From the NCBI GenBank assembly GCA_001179505.1, contig CDMY01000149.1, positions 117,416-181,415 on the forward strand: a stretch of DNA of 64,000 nt, given 5' to 3'. The position numbers and the translations under genes were made by a program. Numbering within the stretch: position 1 is the first letter of the stretch; each line of letters opens with the position of its first letter. Below are positions 25,101 through 38,500 of this stretch, one piece after another. This DNA is from Vitrella brassicaformis CCMP3155 (taxonomy: Eukaryota; Protista; Chromerida). Under the pieces are notes generated by a model that was not told the DNA's origin, did no database searches, and was given only the letters and a program-made list of their open reading frames with translations.

Positions 25101-25880
25101 GGCACTTCTCAATCAACGAGTGAGAGGATCAATCCATCAATGGCGAAGAGGTAGTGGAACGACCCACAAAAGCCGACCCTGGTTCGTGCAGGCAGCTCCT
25201 AGGTCGCTCTGGTCTCGTGAAGGAATCGAATCATCCACTCACTGGTCGTCAGTCAGTCAGTCAGTCAGTCAGCAACAAGCAGACAGCCAGGCGAATGACC
25301 CCTCTCTCTCGTCCTCTTTTCGAAGGGAGAAAACGACCCAAAAATACATACGTATGCCACATCCAGCCACCCCTGCCACATCCAGCCAGCCATCCCGCAG
25401 ACAGCCCACGCCCCCATTCATCCAATCCACAAAAATGATAAAGCAAACCACTACAGCCAGTCAGTCAGTCAGCCGCGCACACACGCATACTACAAAGGTA
25501 TGCCGCGCGAGCGGGCTGCTTTCAGCCCAGGCATCGACGCGGCTGCATGACAGACATACCATCGCATAGCAAGCATAGCACTCCAGCCAATCCAATCCGA
25601 TCCAGTCGATCAATCGCGTCCCGTGGCATGCATCCCATGGCGTGGCACACCCCACCCCCACAACCACCACACCCACCCACCCACCCTCCCTCACGAACAT
25701 TCATTCACTCACACGTATGCATAGGGAGACACAGGCTTGTTTCGTCCGCCACACACCCACTCCAGGATATCAGGAAAAAGAAAAAGAAAGGTCCGTCTGT
25801 CGCGCGAGAAGGGAAAGAGAGCGAAGGCAAAAGGAAAAGGCCCACAGCAGCCCGGCCGGTAAATCGGTGGGGTGGCCAGG
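22200..25880. repeat. Long microsatellite-rich spacer between convergent genes
   Basis: Mosaic of GGAT, GACA, GTCA, CCAT, GGAG, GGTC and GTTA tracts. No convincing exon found. Confidence 0.6.
23564..23863. other. Assembly gap (300 N)
   Basis: N run flanked by poly-G. Confidence 1.
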
Positions 25881-25894
25881 CCAGGCTGGTTGGC

Positions 25895-28800
25895 TCATTC
25901 GACGACTCGGACGAGAGCGCAAGTGCCGGGGTCGGTGATGTCGCCGCCGACGGCATTGTGGAGGTCCATGGACGGGTCCTGCTCGAACATGTTGAACGGC
26001 TTCACCAGGAAACCCAGCGTGTTGCCTGGTGGACACACAAACACAACACAACCAGCACATTGTGACGCACAGATGGATGGATGGATGCACTCGCATCAGG
26101 ATGGATGGATGGCTGAATGGATGGGGAGCCGCCCGCCCCACGTACCTTGTGCGACGGTGAGTGGCCAGTCCTCGATTTGTGGGATGTGCCAGAGACCGGA
26201 GGATATCCATGTGACGAGGTCCTTGCGGCGGGCGGGCTCCGAGTCCTCGATGTACCGGTCGAGGCTGACGGCCGGCCGCCGGGCGTACTTGTTGTCGCGG
26301 GGCAGCGACGCGTCGTACTCGCTGTCCTTGTAAACAGTCGAGGCCACCTTGTACTTGGTCCACGCCGCGGGACCGCCGTAGAACTCGCTCTCGGGCCATG
26401 GAATCTGACACCACACCAAACGGCAGACCACAAAATGGTCTCTCCCCCTCCCAATCCAGCGTGTCCGTGTGAGTGTGTCAGTCAGTGGCTTACGGCTTCG
26501 TTTCTGATGGGTCTGATGTAGTAGCCCTTGTAGTGCTCGCCGAAGGTGGCGGCGCTCTCAGTGACGACATGGTAGGTGAGCGCCCGCGTGCCGTTGACGA
26601 GCCAGGCCGCGCCGATTTCGTTCTCAGCCCAGATGGTGCGGGTCTTGTGCGCCCCGCTGCGGTAGCCGTCCGCTATGACCTCGGTGAAGTAGACGGAGTT
26701 GTCGTCGCCACGACCGTACACCTCAAAGTCCACACGCCATGACGCCCAGTGGCTGTGCAGCGCACCGAAGCGGCCGGACTCAGTCACCTGTGAAACACCA
26801 CACCACACACAGGCAGGCACGCAGGCAGACAAGACAGAAGAGAGTGTGTTCTGTGTTCCTATGGGCGCGTGTGTGGCCGGCAGGGCAGATGGACCTGTGT
26901 GCCGTAGTCTTCCTGTCTTGCGGAGAAGTAGGGGACCTCGACGCCCTGGTAGAGCTCGCCTGTGAAGGAGACGGTGACCTCGAAGTTGCCGGAGGTGAAA
27001 AAGTTGTAGTCGGCGATGTAGTCGTAGTTGGACACCGTGATGATCTGGCGAATCACCAGGCCGTGCAGCGGCGCACCGTCGTCGAGCCGGTTGGACTTCC
27101 AGTGCGACCGCAGGGGCCGCCCGAAGTCCTGCTCGAACACACACGTCGACTCGTCACGGAACAGAAGCACCGCCGTCCGCGGGCACTCGATGCCTGCACT
27201 CACACAAACAAACACCCACACATCCACCCACACGCCTGTCTGTCTTGACGCACTTGTCCCCTCCCTCCCCCGACCTCTCTCACGTACCTAGGGTGAGCTT
27301 GCGTGCGGCCCTGCCGAGTCCGCCGTACCACGAGTCGATGAAGTACCAGTTGCGTTCCTGTACGGTGTAGTGCGCCATGGCCTCCTCCATGCCCATGTGG
27401 AAGGCCACACGGGTGCCCAGGAACATGAGGTTCCAGATCTGCAGCGACTTGTCGCGGTCGTTGTTGATGGTCATCTCCCAACCGGCGTACTCCCCGATGG
27501 TGTACGACGTGCCGTCGGGGTTCTCCTTGATCGTGAAGCGCTTCCCCTGCGGCTCGGCGTGCTCGGGAGCCAACCTGAACATTACCAAGAACAACACCCA
27601 CATGTCTGTCTGTCTTTGTGTGGGCGTGGTGCCTGTTTATTTGTTTGATCGGTGAACACACCTGTATTCGAGTCCGCCCCTTCCGCTTCTGCCACCCGTC
27701 GGCTGGAGTCTTCGTCTTCTCTCGTTGAGCTTCCTGGCGCGGATCTGGTCCTTGATCCCCTCGGGCGTCAGCTTGCGCACCTCGTTCCTCGTAAAGGCCG
27801 CCTCGAAATCGCTGGTCGAGTCGAAGTGATGCCTGACATCCACACACACAACACACATGCATCCAACCGTCCATCCCTTTGTATGTTGAGCTCGCTCTCT
27901 CACTGATGGACTGACGTACCCGTTGTAGAAGATGCCCTCGACAGCGTGGTTGTGCAGATCGAGAAGGAAGTTGATGTTGTAGGGCTCCTCGGGGTGGGTG
28001 TTGGCGCGCACCTTGAAGAAGAATGGGACCTGGTCGCCCTCGGGCGTCTTGACACCGACCCACGTCTCGTTCTTGTCCTCGTCGATCATCAGGGGACCCA
28101 GCTGCAGGCAGTCGTGCTGGTTGGGGCAGTCGTCACCGTAGGGGTAGCCAGTCGAGTCCTGCAGGATCCTGTGGATGTCGTGCTGGGTCGACAGCCGTCG
28201 GCCGAAGGGCCCGGTGGGGGTCCACCCGGCGCACTCGACGCTCACAGGCTCGCCGAGCTGCTCGTATTCCATGTCGTATGAGTCGAGGGGCCCCACCTTG
28301 TACTGCAGGTAGGATCCACGACCGCCGCTGCAACGGGCTGCACGCACACGGGCGTACCGCTTGGGCATGGGGCCGCCGTCGTCCAGATATCTCAAGATGT
28401 CCGCCCTGTATGTGGCGCACGCACACACAGACACAGGCATCCATCACACGTTCGTCCTGTGGTGGTGTGGTGGGCGGTTTACTTGACAGGGAAGAGGGAG
28501 ACGCGGTAGACGCCCTCGAGGCCGAGGTCTCTGCGGCCCTCCATGAAGGACTTGACGACAGACTCCTCGGTGGCCGTCAGGGGGTCGAAGGGCGTCGCAG
28601 TGCCCTCCTCGCGCACCCGTGGGGTAGTTGGCATGTCGCAGAAGGCACCTGACACGCACGCGACCACGGACGGAAAGGAAGGGAGAGACATGGATCTTCT
28701 GGATCTCGCATCTCGTTCCTCAGTCACGTCACTTACCGAAGGACTGGACCTGGAACTTGGTGCTCCACATCTGCTCCTCGTCCATCTCAGCGGACCCGCT

Positions 28801-31800
28801 CTGGCTGGCGGCGTAGCAGTAGATGTCGTAGTTGACGTTGCTCTCGACGCCAGCAATGATGAGGTCCTGCTTCTGGCCGGGACGAGAGAACTTGGCCGAC
28901 GCACCCAGACGGTTGACCTGGTCCTTGGAGGGACGCTGGGTGTACTGCGAATCGCGGGCGGCGCACCAGGTCTGGCCGGGGGTGTCCAGCTCCGTCGTGA
29001 TGTAGATGGCGTCGGCCACCGCACGGGTGCTCACGATCTTGAGCTCGGGAATCTTGCCTGCATCACAGACACAGAGGTCGGTCGGTGCCGTGCCGTATTG
29101 GGTCTCTCTCTGCCCGTCTGTCTGTCTGTCTTTTGCTCATCCGTTCGCTCGGTGGCGTACTGACTTTCGGTGGTGAATTCCTCTTCTGTTTCCTTGACGG
29201 CGTCCTCCGTCATGCGGTTGCCCTTTGGTGCAGCCTTGTCCTCGGCGTAGCAGTAGACCTTGTACGGGCTGTCGGGGTAGAGCTCGCGGACAACGACCGT
29301 GGTGTTCTTGTCCTTGCTGGCCTCCTTCCGCGAGCCGCGCTCCTTGAAGGTGTCGAGGGGCGGCAGCCCGGTGCGGCCCTCGGGAAGAGCCATGCACCAC
29401 ACCGTCGCGGCCTCGTTGGCCTTGACCGTCACCTCGGCTGTCGTCGGCTTGGGAGTCACCTTCTCAACGGTCAGCTTCGGGGCCGTGCTGTCTGCAAGCC
29501 CACACCACACACACACACACACACACAATGATGCAACACAAGGGTCGGCGCTCTTCTCACGCCCTAAGTTACTCACCGGTGGTGACGCGAGTCCTCGACG
29601 ACCTGACCTGGTTGTCGTCCATCTCGCTGGGCGTCTCGCTGGCTGAGTCCTGGAGGGCGCTCACCCGGTCAGACCCGGCCTGTTGCAGCACTGGCACGCC
29701 GCCGGTCGACCCGCTCGTCTCGGCGTAGCAGTAGACGTCATAGTTCTTGTTGGCCTCAAGGCCCTCGTCGATGGTGATGGTGCGGGTCTCGCCCACCTTG
29801 AGAGGGCCGCCTGCCGACACGCCGTCCTCCTTGACCGTCGCGCCCGTGGGTGCATCGGCGCCCTGTGAGAGGGCCAGGCACCACACGCTGGACTGCTCCT
29901 GCCGCACCTCCACGTCCAGCTCGATCTTGGACTCAGTGCCGCGGGCAGCGACAACCTGCATCAAACCTGATGAATGATGAGGGGGGAACAGCACGCAGGA
30001 AAGGAACAGAGGGACGCATTCTTTCCTGTGACCGAATGCAATGCAGCCCTGCAGGCAGAGTGTCCGTCTATCTATCGGTCGTACATACCGACGATGAGGC
30101 TGTAGGATTTCTCCTTGCCCTCGTCTTCCCTGAAGTCGTCGCCCAGCTTGAGCACTTGGTCGAAGAAGCGGAACTCGACGTAGCTGCCGTCCCAGCCGTC
30201 GCCGAACGAGTCCTCGAGCACCACCGTGTAGTTGCCGTAGTGGGGCAGGCAGCACGGCACCCACGTCCCGTTCATCTGGTCGACCGAGTAGCCACGGCCG
30301 GCGCACGAGACGGCACCCTCCACGTACCACGACTTGTCGAGAGCCCACTGGCCGCTCACCAGACGCACCTCACCGCACACTGAGGCATGGATGGATGGAT
30401 CACACGCACACACACACACACACACACAGCAAGAAGAGAGAAGTGAATGCATTGCGGTAAGAGGGATTGGCGGATGGATGTGCCATGCGTGTATGTGTGA
30501 AGGGTCAGACGAGGTGAGAAGTTAGCTATCACCATCTCGCTTGCGATCAGATGCAGCATAGATAAGGAACTCATCCCTCCCTCCCTCCTCCCCGTCATAC
30601 ACCCATCTGCCTCACTGCCTGCCTGTCTGCCTTTCTGACTCGCTGCTCTCCCTGCCCGCCCCGTCAATCAACTCACCGAGGTCGCTGCCGCTCTGTGGGG
30701 TGTCAGGGATGAGCAGGTCCTGGGGACAGGCGCCTGGCTTCATAGAGATGTCGTCAATGCCGATGTCGCTCAGCTCGCTATTGCCAGCCACTGCCTCGAA
30801 CACCAGCTCCAGTGGGGCGTCGCCGTCATGGGTGACTTCGAAGCCTCCCTTCTTCCATCCCGGGCCCTGGTTGCCCACCAGGAGCCACGAGGGGTTGCCC
30901 CAGTCGCCCGTCACCTCCTGGTTCTTCTTGTGCGGCGCGGCGTAGGCGCGGAGTGCGTTGACGTCGTCGCCGAACATGTTGTACTGGAACTGCACGCACT
31001 GCTTGCCCTTGGGGGCGAACAGGGGGACCGATCGGAGGGTGGCCGTGGCGCCCGGCATGAAGCGGGGCGAGTCGAGGTACATGTAATGGCCCTGGCCTTC
31101 GAGGCCCTCAGTGGCGTCACCATCGGGACCGACGCCCGGGGCCACGACGTAGTCGTCCTTGTGGGGGTTGCCGCTGCCGCTCTTGAAGACCTCGTCCGAC
31201 GCGTCGTCCACGTAGTTGGTAAAGCCGCACAGACCGTTCTCGAAGTCGCAGTTCACACTGTAGTCGCCGATCTCTGACAAACATCCACACACACACACAC
31301 ACACACACGTGTGTCATTGATCTCTCGTCGACGCATTCATTCTCTCTCTACCCACGACTCACTGACTCACCGAGAAAGCCGACATGGTGGTAGAAGTCCC
31401 TTGGGTCTGGGTCCTCTGTTCCGGCGGCGAGGAATGCCGAGTAGCACATGTAGTAGCTGCCCGGGTCGAGCCTGCTGCCGACCTTGAAGACCGTGAGCGC
31501 GGTCGAGTTGAGCTGGTCAGTGGGCACCAGACGGATGGCACCGCGCAGCAGACGGGTGGTGGGCGGGCACACGGCCGAGTCGCGATCTTCCGGCGCGGGC
31601 AGGATCAGCAGCTGGTCTTTTCTTCGGAGGCCGAATCCGTTGATAGCTAGGGTGCAGTCCTCCCCGGCAAGGCAGCTGAGGCTCTGGTTGTACACCGGGG
31701 CCACGCCTGACATAAATCACACGCACCACACACGCACGTGGGGGGGTGGGGTGCGCTGTCAGCCCAGTGGCCTTTGTTCTCACTCACTTCTCATGGCAGG

Positions 31801-32227
31801 AGGCTTCAGTGTCGGGTCGAGAGCAAGGGCGCGTGAGCCGCCGCGACCGTCGGTTCCACCACATTGCCCTGGACCGCTGAGAACGGACGTCGCGGTGTCG
31901 TTGCCCTCACCGTACACCCTCGTCACACACTCTGTTGAACGACACGACACACACGACGGAGAGGGGGAAACACAAGGATGAGAGGGTGACTACGTGCTCG
32001 TGTGGCAGATCTGGCTACCCCCGTTCCTTTCTCAAAATCAGATCTATCTCAAGGCCCTCTCCATGCTGATCGCGTGCGTGTGGTGGCGGTGCATGCGGCT
32101 CCCCCTCCCTCCCCTGCTCACCATATCGCTGTAGATCACGGATTGGTGTTTGACACTGACCCACAGCGAGCAGAGCGAGCGCCAGAAGCCCTCCGAGCAT
32201 CCTCCCCCGTCTGTGACCTCTGGTCAT
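25895..32227 (-). CDS. Secreted multidomain protein: signal peptide + MAM + three FN3-like repeats + copper amine oxidase
   Basis: Signal LGGLLALALLAVGQC. MAM ~30700-31277 (CDFENGLCGF..GHYMYLDS..CVQFQYNMFG..IGIDDISM..C). Oxidase: PFDPLTATE, base Asp in YFIDSWYGG, TPQ motif NYDY (27018-27029), Cu ligands HSH (~26749-26757) and WHIPQIED. Ends ALVRVVE*. Confidence 0.9.
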
Positions 32228-32493
32228 CTCGGTTACTGTGAGGGGGGTGTCTGTCTGTCTGTCCCTCGTCCTCCCTCGTTGCTCCTTTCGTGTGTTTGCC
32301 TTCTCTCTCTTCACTCCCCCCCGCGCCTGCCGGCTCCTCGCCGATCTCGCGTCGGTGTTGAGAGCTGGTCTCGAGGGACGCGCCGGAGTCCCTCTCCTTG
32401 CGGGAAGGGCAGAGGACGGAGTGGGTGACGAGCGGGATCTCCCCTCACACCGAGTTTTGGGACAGATAGCGCTACAGTGTTCCGTACACGTCT

Positions 32494-32510
32494 GCGAGCT
32501 GCAGGCTCGC
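32494..32510. promoter_or_regulatory. GCGAGCT-GCA-GGCTCGC near-inverted pair
   Basis: Between the divergent amine oxidase and NOP10 genes. Confidence 0.35.
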
Positions 32511-32550
32511 GGATCGAGCCGCGCAGCCTGGATTCTCCTCGCATGGGAAG

Positions 32551-32850
32551 ATGCTGCTAAGGTTCTACTTCAACGAGAAGGGAGAACGGGTCTACACTCT
32601 CTCGGTGAGCCACACAGCGCAGATGAAGGCAGAGATGCATGTGTGCGTCCGCGCCTGCTCCCCTCCCTTGATTGGCTTGTGTGTGTCATGCCATGTGTGT
32701 GCCATGTAGCCCAAGTCACCCGAGGGCAAGCCGACGTTCTCAGCGCACCCGGCTCGTTTCTCGCCTGATGACAAGTACTCTGAGGAGCGTGTGCAGCTCA
32801 AGAAGAGATACGGCCTGCTGCCCAACCAACAACCATTCCCGGAGCTCTAG
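32551..32850 (+). CDS. NOP10: H/ACA snoRNP protein NOP10 (2 exons; absent from the ORF track)
   Basis: Exons 32551-32604 and 32710-32850 give [18 protein letters not shown]|[37 protein letters not shown], including the typical [14 protein letters not shown] motif. Confidence 0.93.
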
Positions 32851-33536
32851 CAAATAAGCCAGCCGCAACCGTTGTGGTTTTCTCGAGATGGATGGAAGTC
32901 TTGACTAACATGGGTTCTCCGACTGATTGATTCCTTTCATCTGGGTGGGTGCTGTAACCTTCCGCCTCCTTCGTCGGTTGCGGATGGTTGCTGCATCGAG
33001 ACCGGGCGGCAGGAATCGACTGACGGAATGAGCCTGACTCTAGCTATCTGGCTGAGCTGACTGTGGGGATTGTCGTGGCATGGTTGGTGAACTGATGGTG
33101 TGTGACATCTACTGCCCTTGCCCTTCGGTGATTGGCTTTTGTGAGACTGCTATGTTCTCGTCCTTGTACGTGCTATCGCTGGACGGTGGATCGTGCAGCG
33201 GTCAGTCCGTGCGAGAGACAGCAGCGGCAGTCTCACGAGAGACGGACACAGAGGGAATGCAGGACGACTAATTGGTGCTATGACAGACAGACAGACAGTG
33301 GCTGGTTTTTCGGTCATGTTTGTTGCATACTCGTGTTCTCCCACAAAGACACACATGGACGCCGTTTGTGCTCATGTAAGTATGTACGCGCTTGCAGGAT
33401 GGATGACATGGTGCAGTTTGACGATCAGACATCAATCAACCCATACATAACACCCCGAGCATTCGATCAGTAGCACATCGACAGAGTCATTCACTCACCG
33501 ATCCACACCACACGACATGACGGAAAAGGTGGAAGG

Positions 33537-34933
33537 TCAAGCCACGTGTTCCTGTGCCTGCATGTCTGCGGCGCCCCCAGCAGGCACATCAGCAGCAGCA
33601 GCAGCAGCAACGGTCTGCTCCGGCCCCTCGCCACCGGGCGGTGGATAGACCTCCACATCCCCCACCGGCACCGGAGGCGGGCCAAGTGCGTCAGCACCAC
33701 CAGCAGCCATACCGGCACGCCAGTTGGTCGTGGCGTAGGTCTCGAGCTGCCACACACACGCAGGGTGAGAGGGTGTGTGTGGGGGGGGGGATGCGACAGT
33801 GCGTTCGCTTACCTTGGGGCCCGCCTGCTGATACTTCTTGAGTTTGAACATTTCTTTCTGGTGTGCGGCAGCCTGTAGCTCCTTGACCTTCCGCACCACC
33901 GACGCATGGCCCTGGGCAGCCTGAGCGAGACACACGCATAGAGGAGAGAGGGAGACATGGGTGAGCCGGCCAGGTCTGAGCTTCCTCACTGCTGCCTGGC
34001 TGCCTCACTCTGGTGATCTTGGGCTGCTTGGTGGATGTGACGGCCTTCTCGTGCTCGTGGTCATACCACTCATACCGCTTCGCCAGCATGTCCACGCCGG
34101 CCTGCATTGCATTCATGCAGTCGACTCACACACAACGATTGAACATTTTTCCCCATTGTGTGTGTGTGTGTGTGTGTTGTTGGCCCACCCGTCCGTAGTC
34201 GTCCATGATGACTCTCGCCATGGGCGTCGAAGGACGCCCCCGCATGCCATAGACGAAACCTGACACACACGAGAGACGCAGAGGACAGGCAGCAGTGGGG
34301 GCGAATACAGAGAGATAGGGAGGAGGAAGACACTGCGTGGCGACTTGGGTTGTGGTCGGATGGTATGTTCTTGGAGGGGTTTGTCAGGATGATGTTTTTG
34401 ATGGTCACATTGGTCGTCGCCTTGCGCAGGGCCGCCTGCTCCTGCACACACACCGCACAGCCACACACCGATCAGCGCCGTCCGTCACGACTCACGAGCC
34501 GCAGACCAGACCAGGAAGGGCCGACCTTTGCAGTGACGAGCTTTTCGTGTATGGCCATCTTGTTGACCTTTTTGAAGTCCTGCACCCTCAACTCAGGCCT
34601 TGGCTTGGGCTGCAACAAGGCAAGCAGGAGTCAGAGGAGCCAGCCAATGCCTTCCATGCTATGAATGAGCCCCAATGCAGGAAGCAGCGAAATCTCCCTC
34701 TCTCCCTCTCTCTCTCCCTCTCCCCTGCACCCCTGACTGACCTTGTGGTGGACCCATATGGATGTGACCTCCTTGGCCCCTTCCCTGTCGTACGCGAGCG
34801 CCTTGCCGTATTTGAAGCTATCGCCGGGAAGGTCAAAGTATGTGGGCTTGCTGCGACCGACGTCGTCCTTGACCAGCAGGTGATTCCTCGTCTTATTCGC
34901 TGGATGGTGGGCCACTACCACCGTGCTCGCCAT
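33537..34933 (-). CDS. CFAP77: CFAP77/DUF4483-like axonemal protein
   Basis: NHLLVKDDVGRSKPTYFDLPGDSFKYG..EGAKEVTSIW, QDFKKVNKMAI, FVYGMRGRPSTPMARVI and EMFKLKKYQQAGPK match the family layout as I recall it. Confidence 0.7.
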
Positions 34934-35577
34934 GGCTTTCGTTGTTCACCACCGGAAAACAATGCGCGCTTCTGCATGCGGAGAGGGGGCGCCCCCTGTC
35001 CTCTCTCGCCGGAAATTTGCCACGCTGCACGATTCATAGCCAGTGAGTTGTGTATGTGGAAGTCATTTCATAACCACACCACCAATTGGAAGGTCAATGG
35101 AGACACATGCAGTGCACGAAAGCACGACTCACCCGAAGAATGAATGACTCTTGGATGCCCCAAGAGGCTGCCATGCCCTCTCTCCCTCGCCTGAGATGCC
35201 GACACTTCTGAGACGCCCTCGGTGTTGCCTCACCCACCAATCCTTTCACAGATCCGCGGGCGAGCCAACACGCAGTCCGTCCAAAGTGTCGGTGATCTCA
35301 CCGAGAGTGACGTACGTACCTTACTTACTGGACGAAATTACGTCCGTCCGTCCGTACCGAAGGGACTCGCACTATACATGTCAGAGGATCTCAGCAGCAG
35401 CAGCTGTGCACCAACAGCATACATACTTACACACACCACCGTACCGTACCGTACGTACGTCCGTGTACATGATTGACTGTCTCTCCCCACCCCCCTCACC
35501 GGCCAGCCGACGGTGCCCAGACTGAAAAACACTACAAATCCGTCAGCCAGCCAGCCAGCCAGCCAGCCGGGACCGTG

Positions 35578-38500
35578 TTAGTGTGACAGCACCGGGATGA
35601 GCGACACGCTCGCCGCGCGTCTCTGCGACGACCCGCTGCTTTGCCTCATTGGCAACCGGGAGGCCCTCAGCGAAAAAGAGGGCGCCAGGGGCTCGCTGAC
35701 AAGCGGGCTCTGAGTCAGCGATATCCCGCTCACCGCACTCACGCTGACGCACGGCGACAGGCCCTTGGACGGCGGACCTTCACTCAGATGGCTCCCATCG
35801 CTCCGGCCCCTCTCCCTCTCGCGCGCGTCGTATGCCAGCCTCACTTTGAGCACCGTAGGGACAGGAAGGGGCAGGCCTGCGCGCGTCAGCCGCACAACAT
35901 GGTCCCCATCGCTCGATCGCCGCCTCACGTTGCCTGCCTCCACCACCAGCAGGCCTTCACCATCGTCGGAAGCAGAGGGCGTCTTCTTGGACCACCCGTC
36001 GGTCTGGTTGCTCCGGATACTTGACTCGCTGTTTTCGCTCACTTGTCGCCCTCCGCCGCCACCAAGACCAGGCACCAGCCGCCCACTTCTCCCACCTGCA
36101 GCACCGTTCTCTCGCGGCGACGGTCTCAGCATAACCACGCTCTGGCTCGCATCAGATGGCACGTGGGCAGCTCGGTGGTCGTCGGAGCGGCCGGAGGGTG
36201 ACGTGATGGCGTGGGGGATGTCGTCGCGGCTCTCTGGGAGGGAGGAGGGGTGGTCGTGAATGGACGACTGGTCCTCTGGGTCGTTGGGCCGGTCGGGCTG
36301 CAGGAGCTGGCCGACTAGCCGCATTGGGCTTGAAAAGAGATGGTCGAGCTCATCTGGAGGAAGGACGGCCTCACGAGGAGCACCGGCACGCCTGACACAA
36401 GACAGGGAACATGCATCCAAGGGCATTCGTTGTCTCTGCCAGCGGTACCTACCTATCGATTTCCGTTGACGTGTACGAGATGGTGTCAGGAGCGTCGTTT
36501 CGACTGTCGACTGGCTGCCTCATGTCGTCTCCATTGCCCTCCCGCTTCACCTCTGACGGCTCCCTGACCCTCTGCCCCCACGGCACCATCGGATCTTCAC
36601 CGGGCGACCCGCCCCGCCCCCACCCAGGTGGCTGCATCATCACCAGTGGCGGCTCGTGACCGACTGCCAGCTCTGAGTTCCCGTCAGTCGAGCTCTCGTG
36701 CAAGTCGTCAGACTCGCCGCTCGCCTCAATGTCTCGGCTACTCACCGGGGGCTGTGGAGGGCGGAGATGTGTGTGTCGAGGTGACTCTCTGTCTCTTGCT
36801 GCGAGGCCGAGCCACGCACGGTGCAGCGGCCCGTCGGTGGCTGAGGGAGAGGGCGTGGCAAATGCGGCTTGGAGCTGGTCAAGGGGGTCCTCGGGCTCAA
36901 GGTGACGAGGGGATGGCGACCGCTGCGAGGGGCCCTCCTGCGCGCGAACAGACAACAGGCAGAAGAACCGAATCAGCGAAGAAGGTGCGGTGCGTCCTCT
37001 GTGTGGCCATTTCCTTTCTTTCTCACCTCCGGTGCGTCCCAGTCATCTTCGTCTTCTTCCTGTATGTGCTGCCGCCACTTGGCGCCGGCGTCCAGCGAGA
37101 GCATGCCCTCGGCCGTCTTCCTCTTGCCCTCCATCTTGCCGCCCCCATGCCGAATCACGTCAGGATCACTCCGGCTGCTCTCGAAGCCATGCAGCCCCTC
37201 ACAGCCCCTCATCGTCGGGTGGGTCGGCTCCATCGCTGGGATGGGGATGGGCGGGGGAGGGGGCGGGGGCAGACGAGGGTCCTCGGTGAGGTGGTCAAGG
37301 AGGTCCTTGTCGGACGATCCACGCCGCCTGAGGTCGGCTGCGTCCACCAGGTGGGTGTCGCGGTGGATGAGGGGCATGGCGTATGAGTCGTATGAGTCTC
37401 CCGTGCTTTCCTGCACGGTCAGGGAGCGGATGCGATCCTCGCTCTGCTTTGGCGGCCGGCGTGTGGCGATTGTCGATGTGTCGCCCTCGCGGCCAACAGA
37501 CCGCGACCGACGCCTGATGGAACCAACCAATCACACACACACAGACAGACAGAGCGACACATACATCGATTCATCATCCATCCACCAAGCCACAATTTTT
37601 CCTTCCTTCCTCTGCTCACTTTGATGAGCCTCGTGTGGTGCTGGCTGATGTCTGCCGTCCCCCCGATGTCCCTCGCCAGCCGGACATGCCGCCAGCCACA
37701 CTTCCCTCAGACAGGAGGAAGCGCGGCGGGGCGTGCATGACGGGAGACGGAAGGCCGCCTGCGAGGGACGCCAGGGGTGGCTGTCTGTCGATGGACGCGC
37801 TGCTGCTCGTGCCGGTGCCTGTGCCGCTGCGACGGCCCCGTTCGCTCGTCAGCCGAGGGAGCGTCAGAGGCCTGCCGACGAGCAATCCGACGAGCAATCC
37901 AACGACACAATAAATGATGGTTGCAATGGCAATGTAACCCACGTGCCCGCCCATATGTGCGTGTGTGTCACCTCGGTGAGCCTTCAACGGCAGCGTCTTG
38001 GGCCGCCGACGTGGTGTGGCTTTCGACTGGTGGCTGGAAGGTCGTCGGGCGGGCGGCCGGCGACAGCTCGGGGGATGGTGAAGGCTGTGTCAAGCCCTTG
38101 TCAGCAGACGATGCCGCCTGCATCAGCAAAGACGAAGAGATCCATTCACCCCATTGCGAGACATTCCCGCACCCATCCATCCATCCATCTAACAGTGCAT
38201 ACCCTTTTGACATCCTCTCGTGAGTCGGCCCGCTGTGTGGGCGGCAGGGGCGTCACGGGCGTGTTCTCGAAGAACTCGCCCGACGTTCGTCCGCGGCCAG
38301 ATGGGCTGTTGTCGACAGAGGGGCAGAAGGGAAGTCGGTGTGACGAGGTTGAGGGGCTCTCGGCCTCCCACGCGAGAGCGGGACCCTTGCTCGTCGACAG
38401 GTCACCATTCCGACTGACAGTCAGTCAGTCACAAGCAGGGGGACATAACATTGCCTCTTTCCTTAGAATCCCCGGCCATCATACACACACGCGTACCCCT

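Noticed and set aside
32851-33480. snoRNA next to NOP10
   Set aside because: No convincing C/D boxes with a terminal stem, nor H/ACA hairpins, by eye. An Infernal search would be needed.
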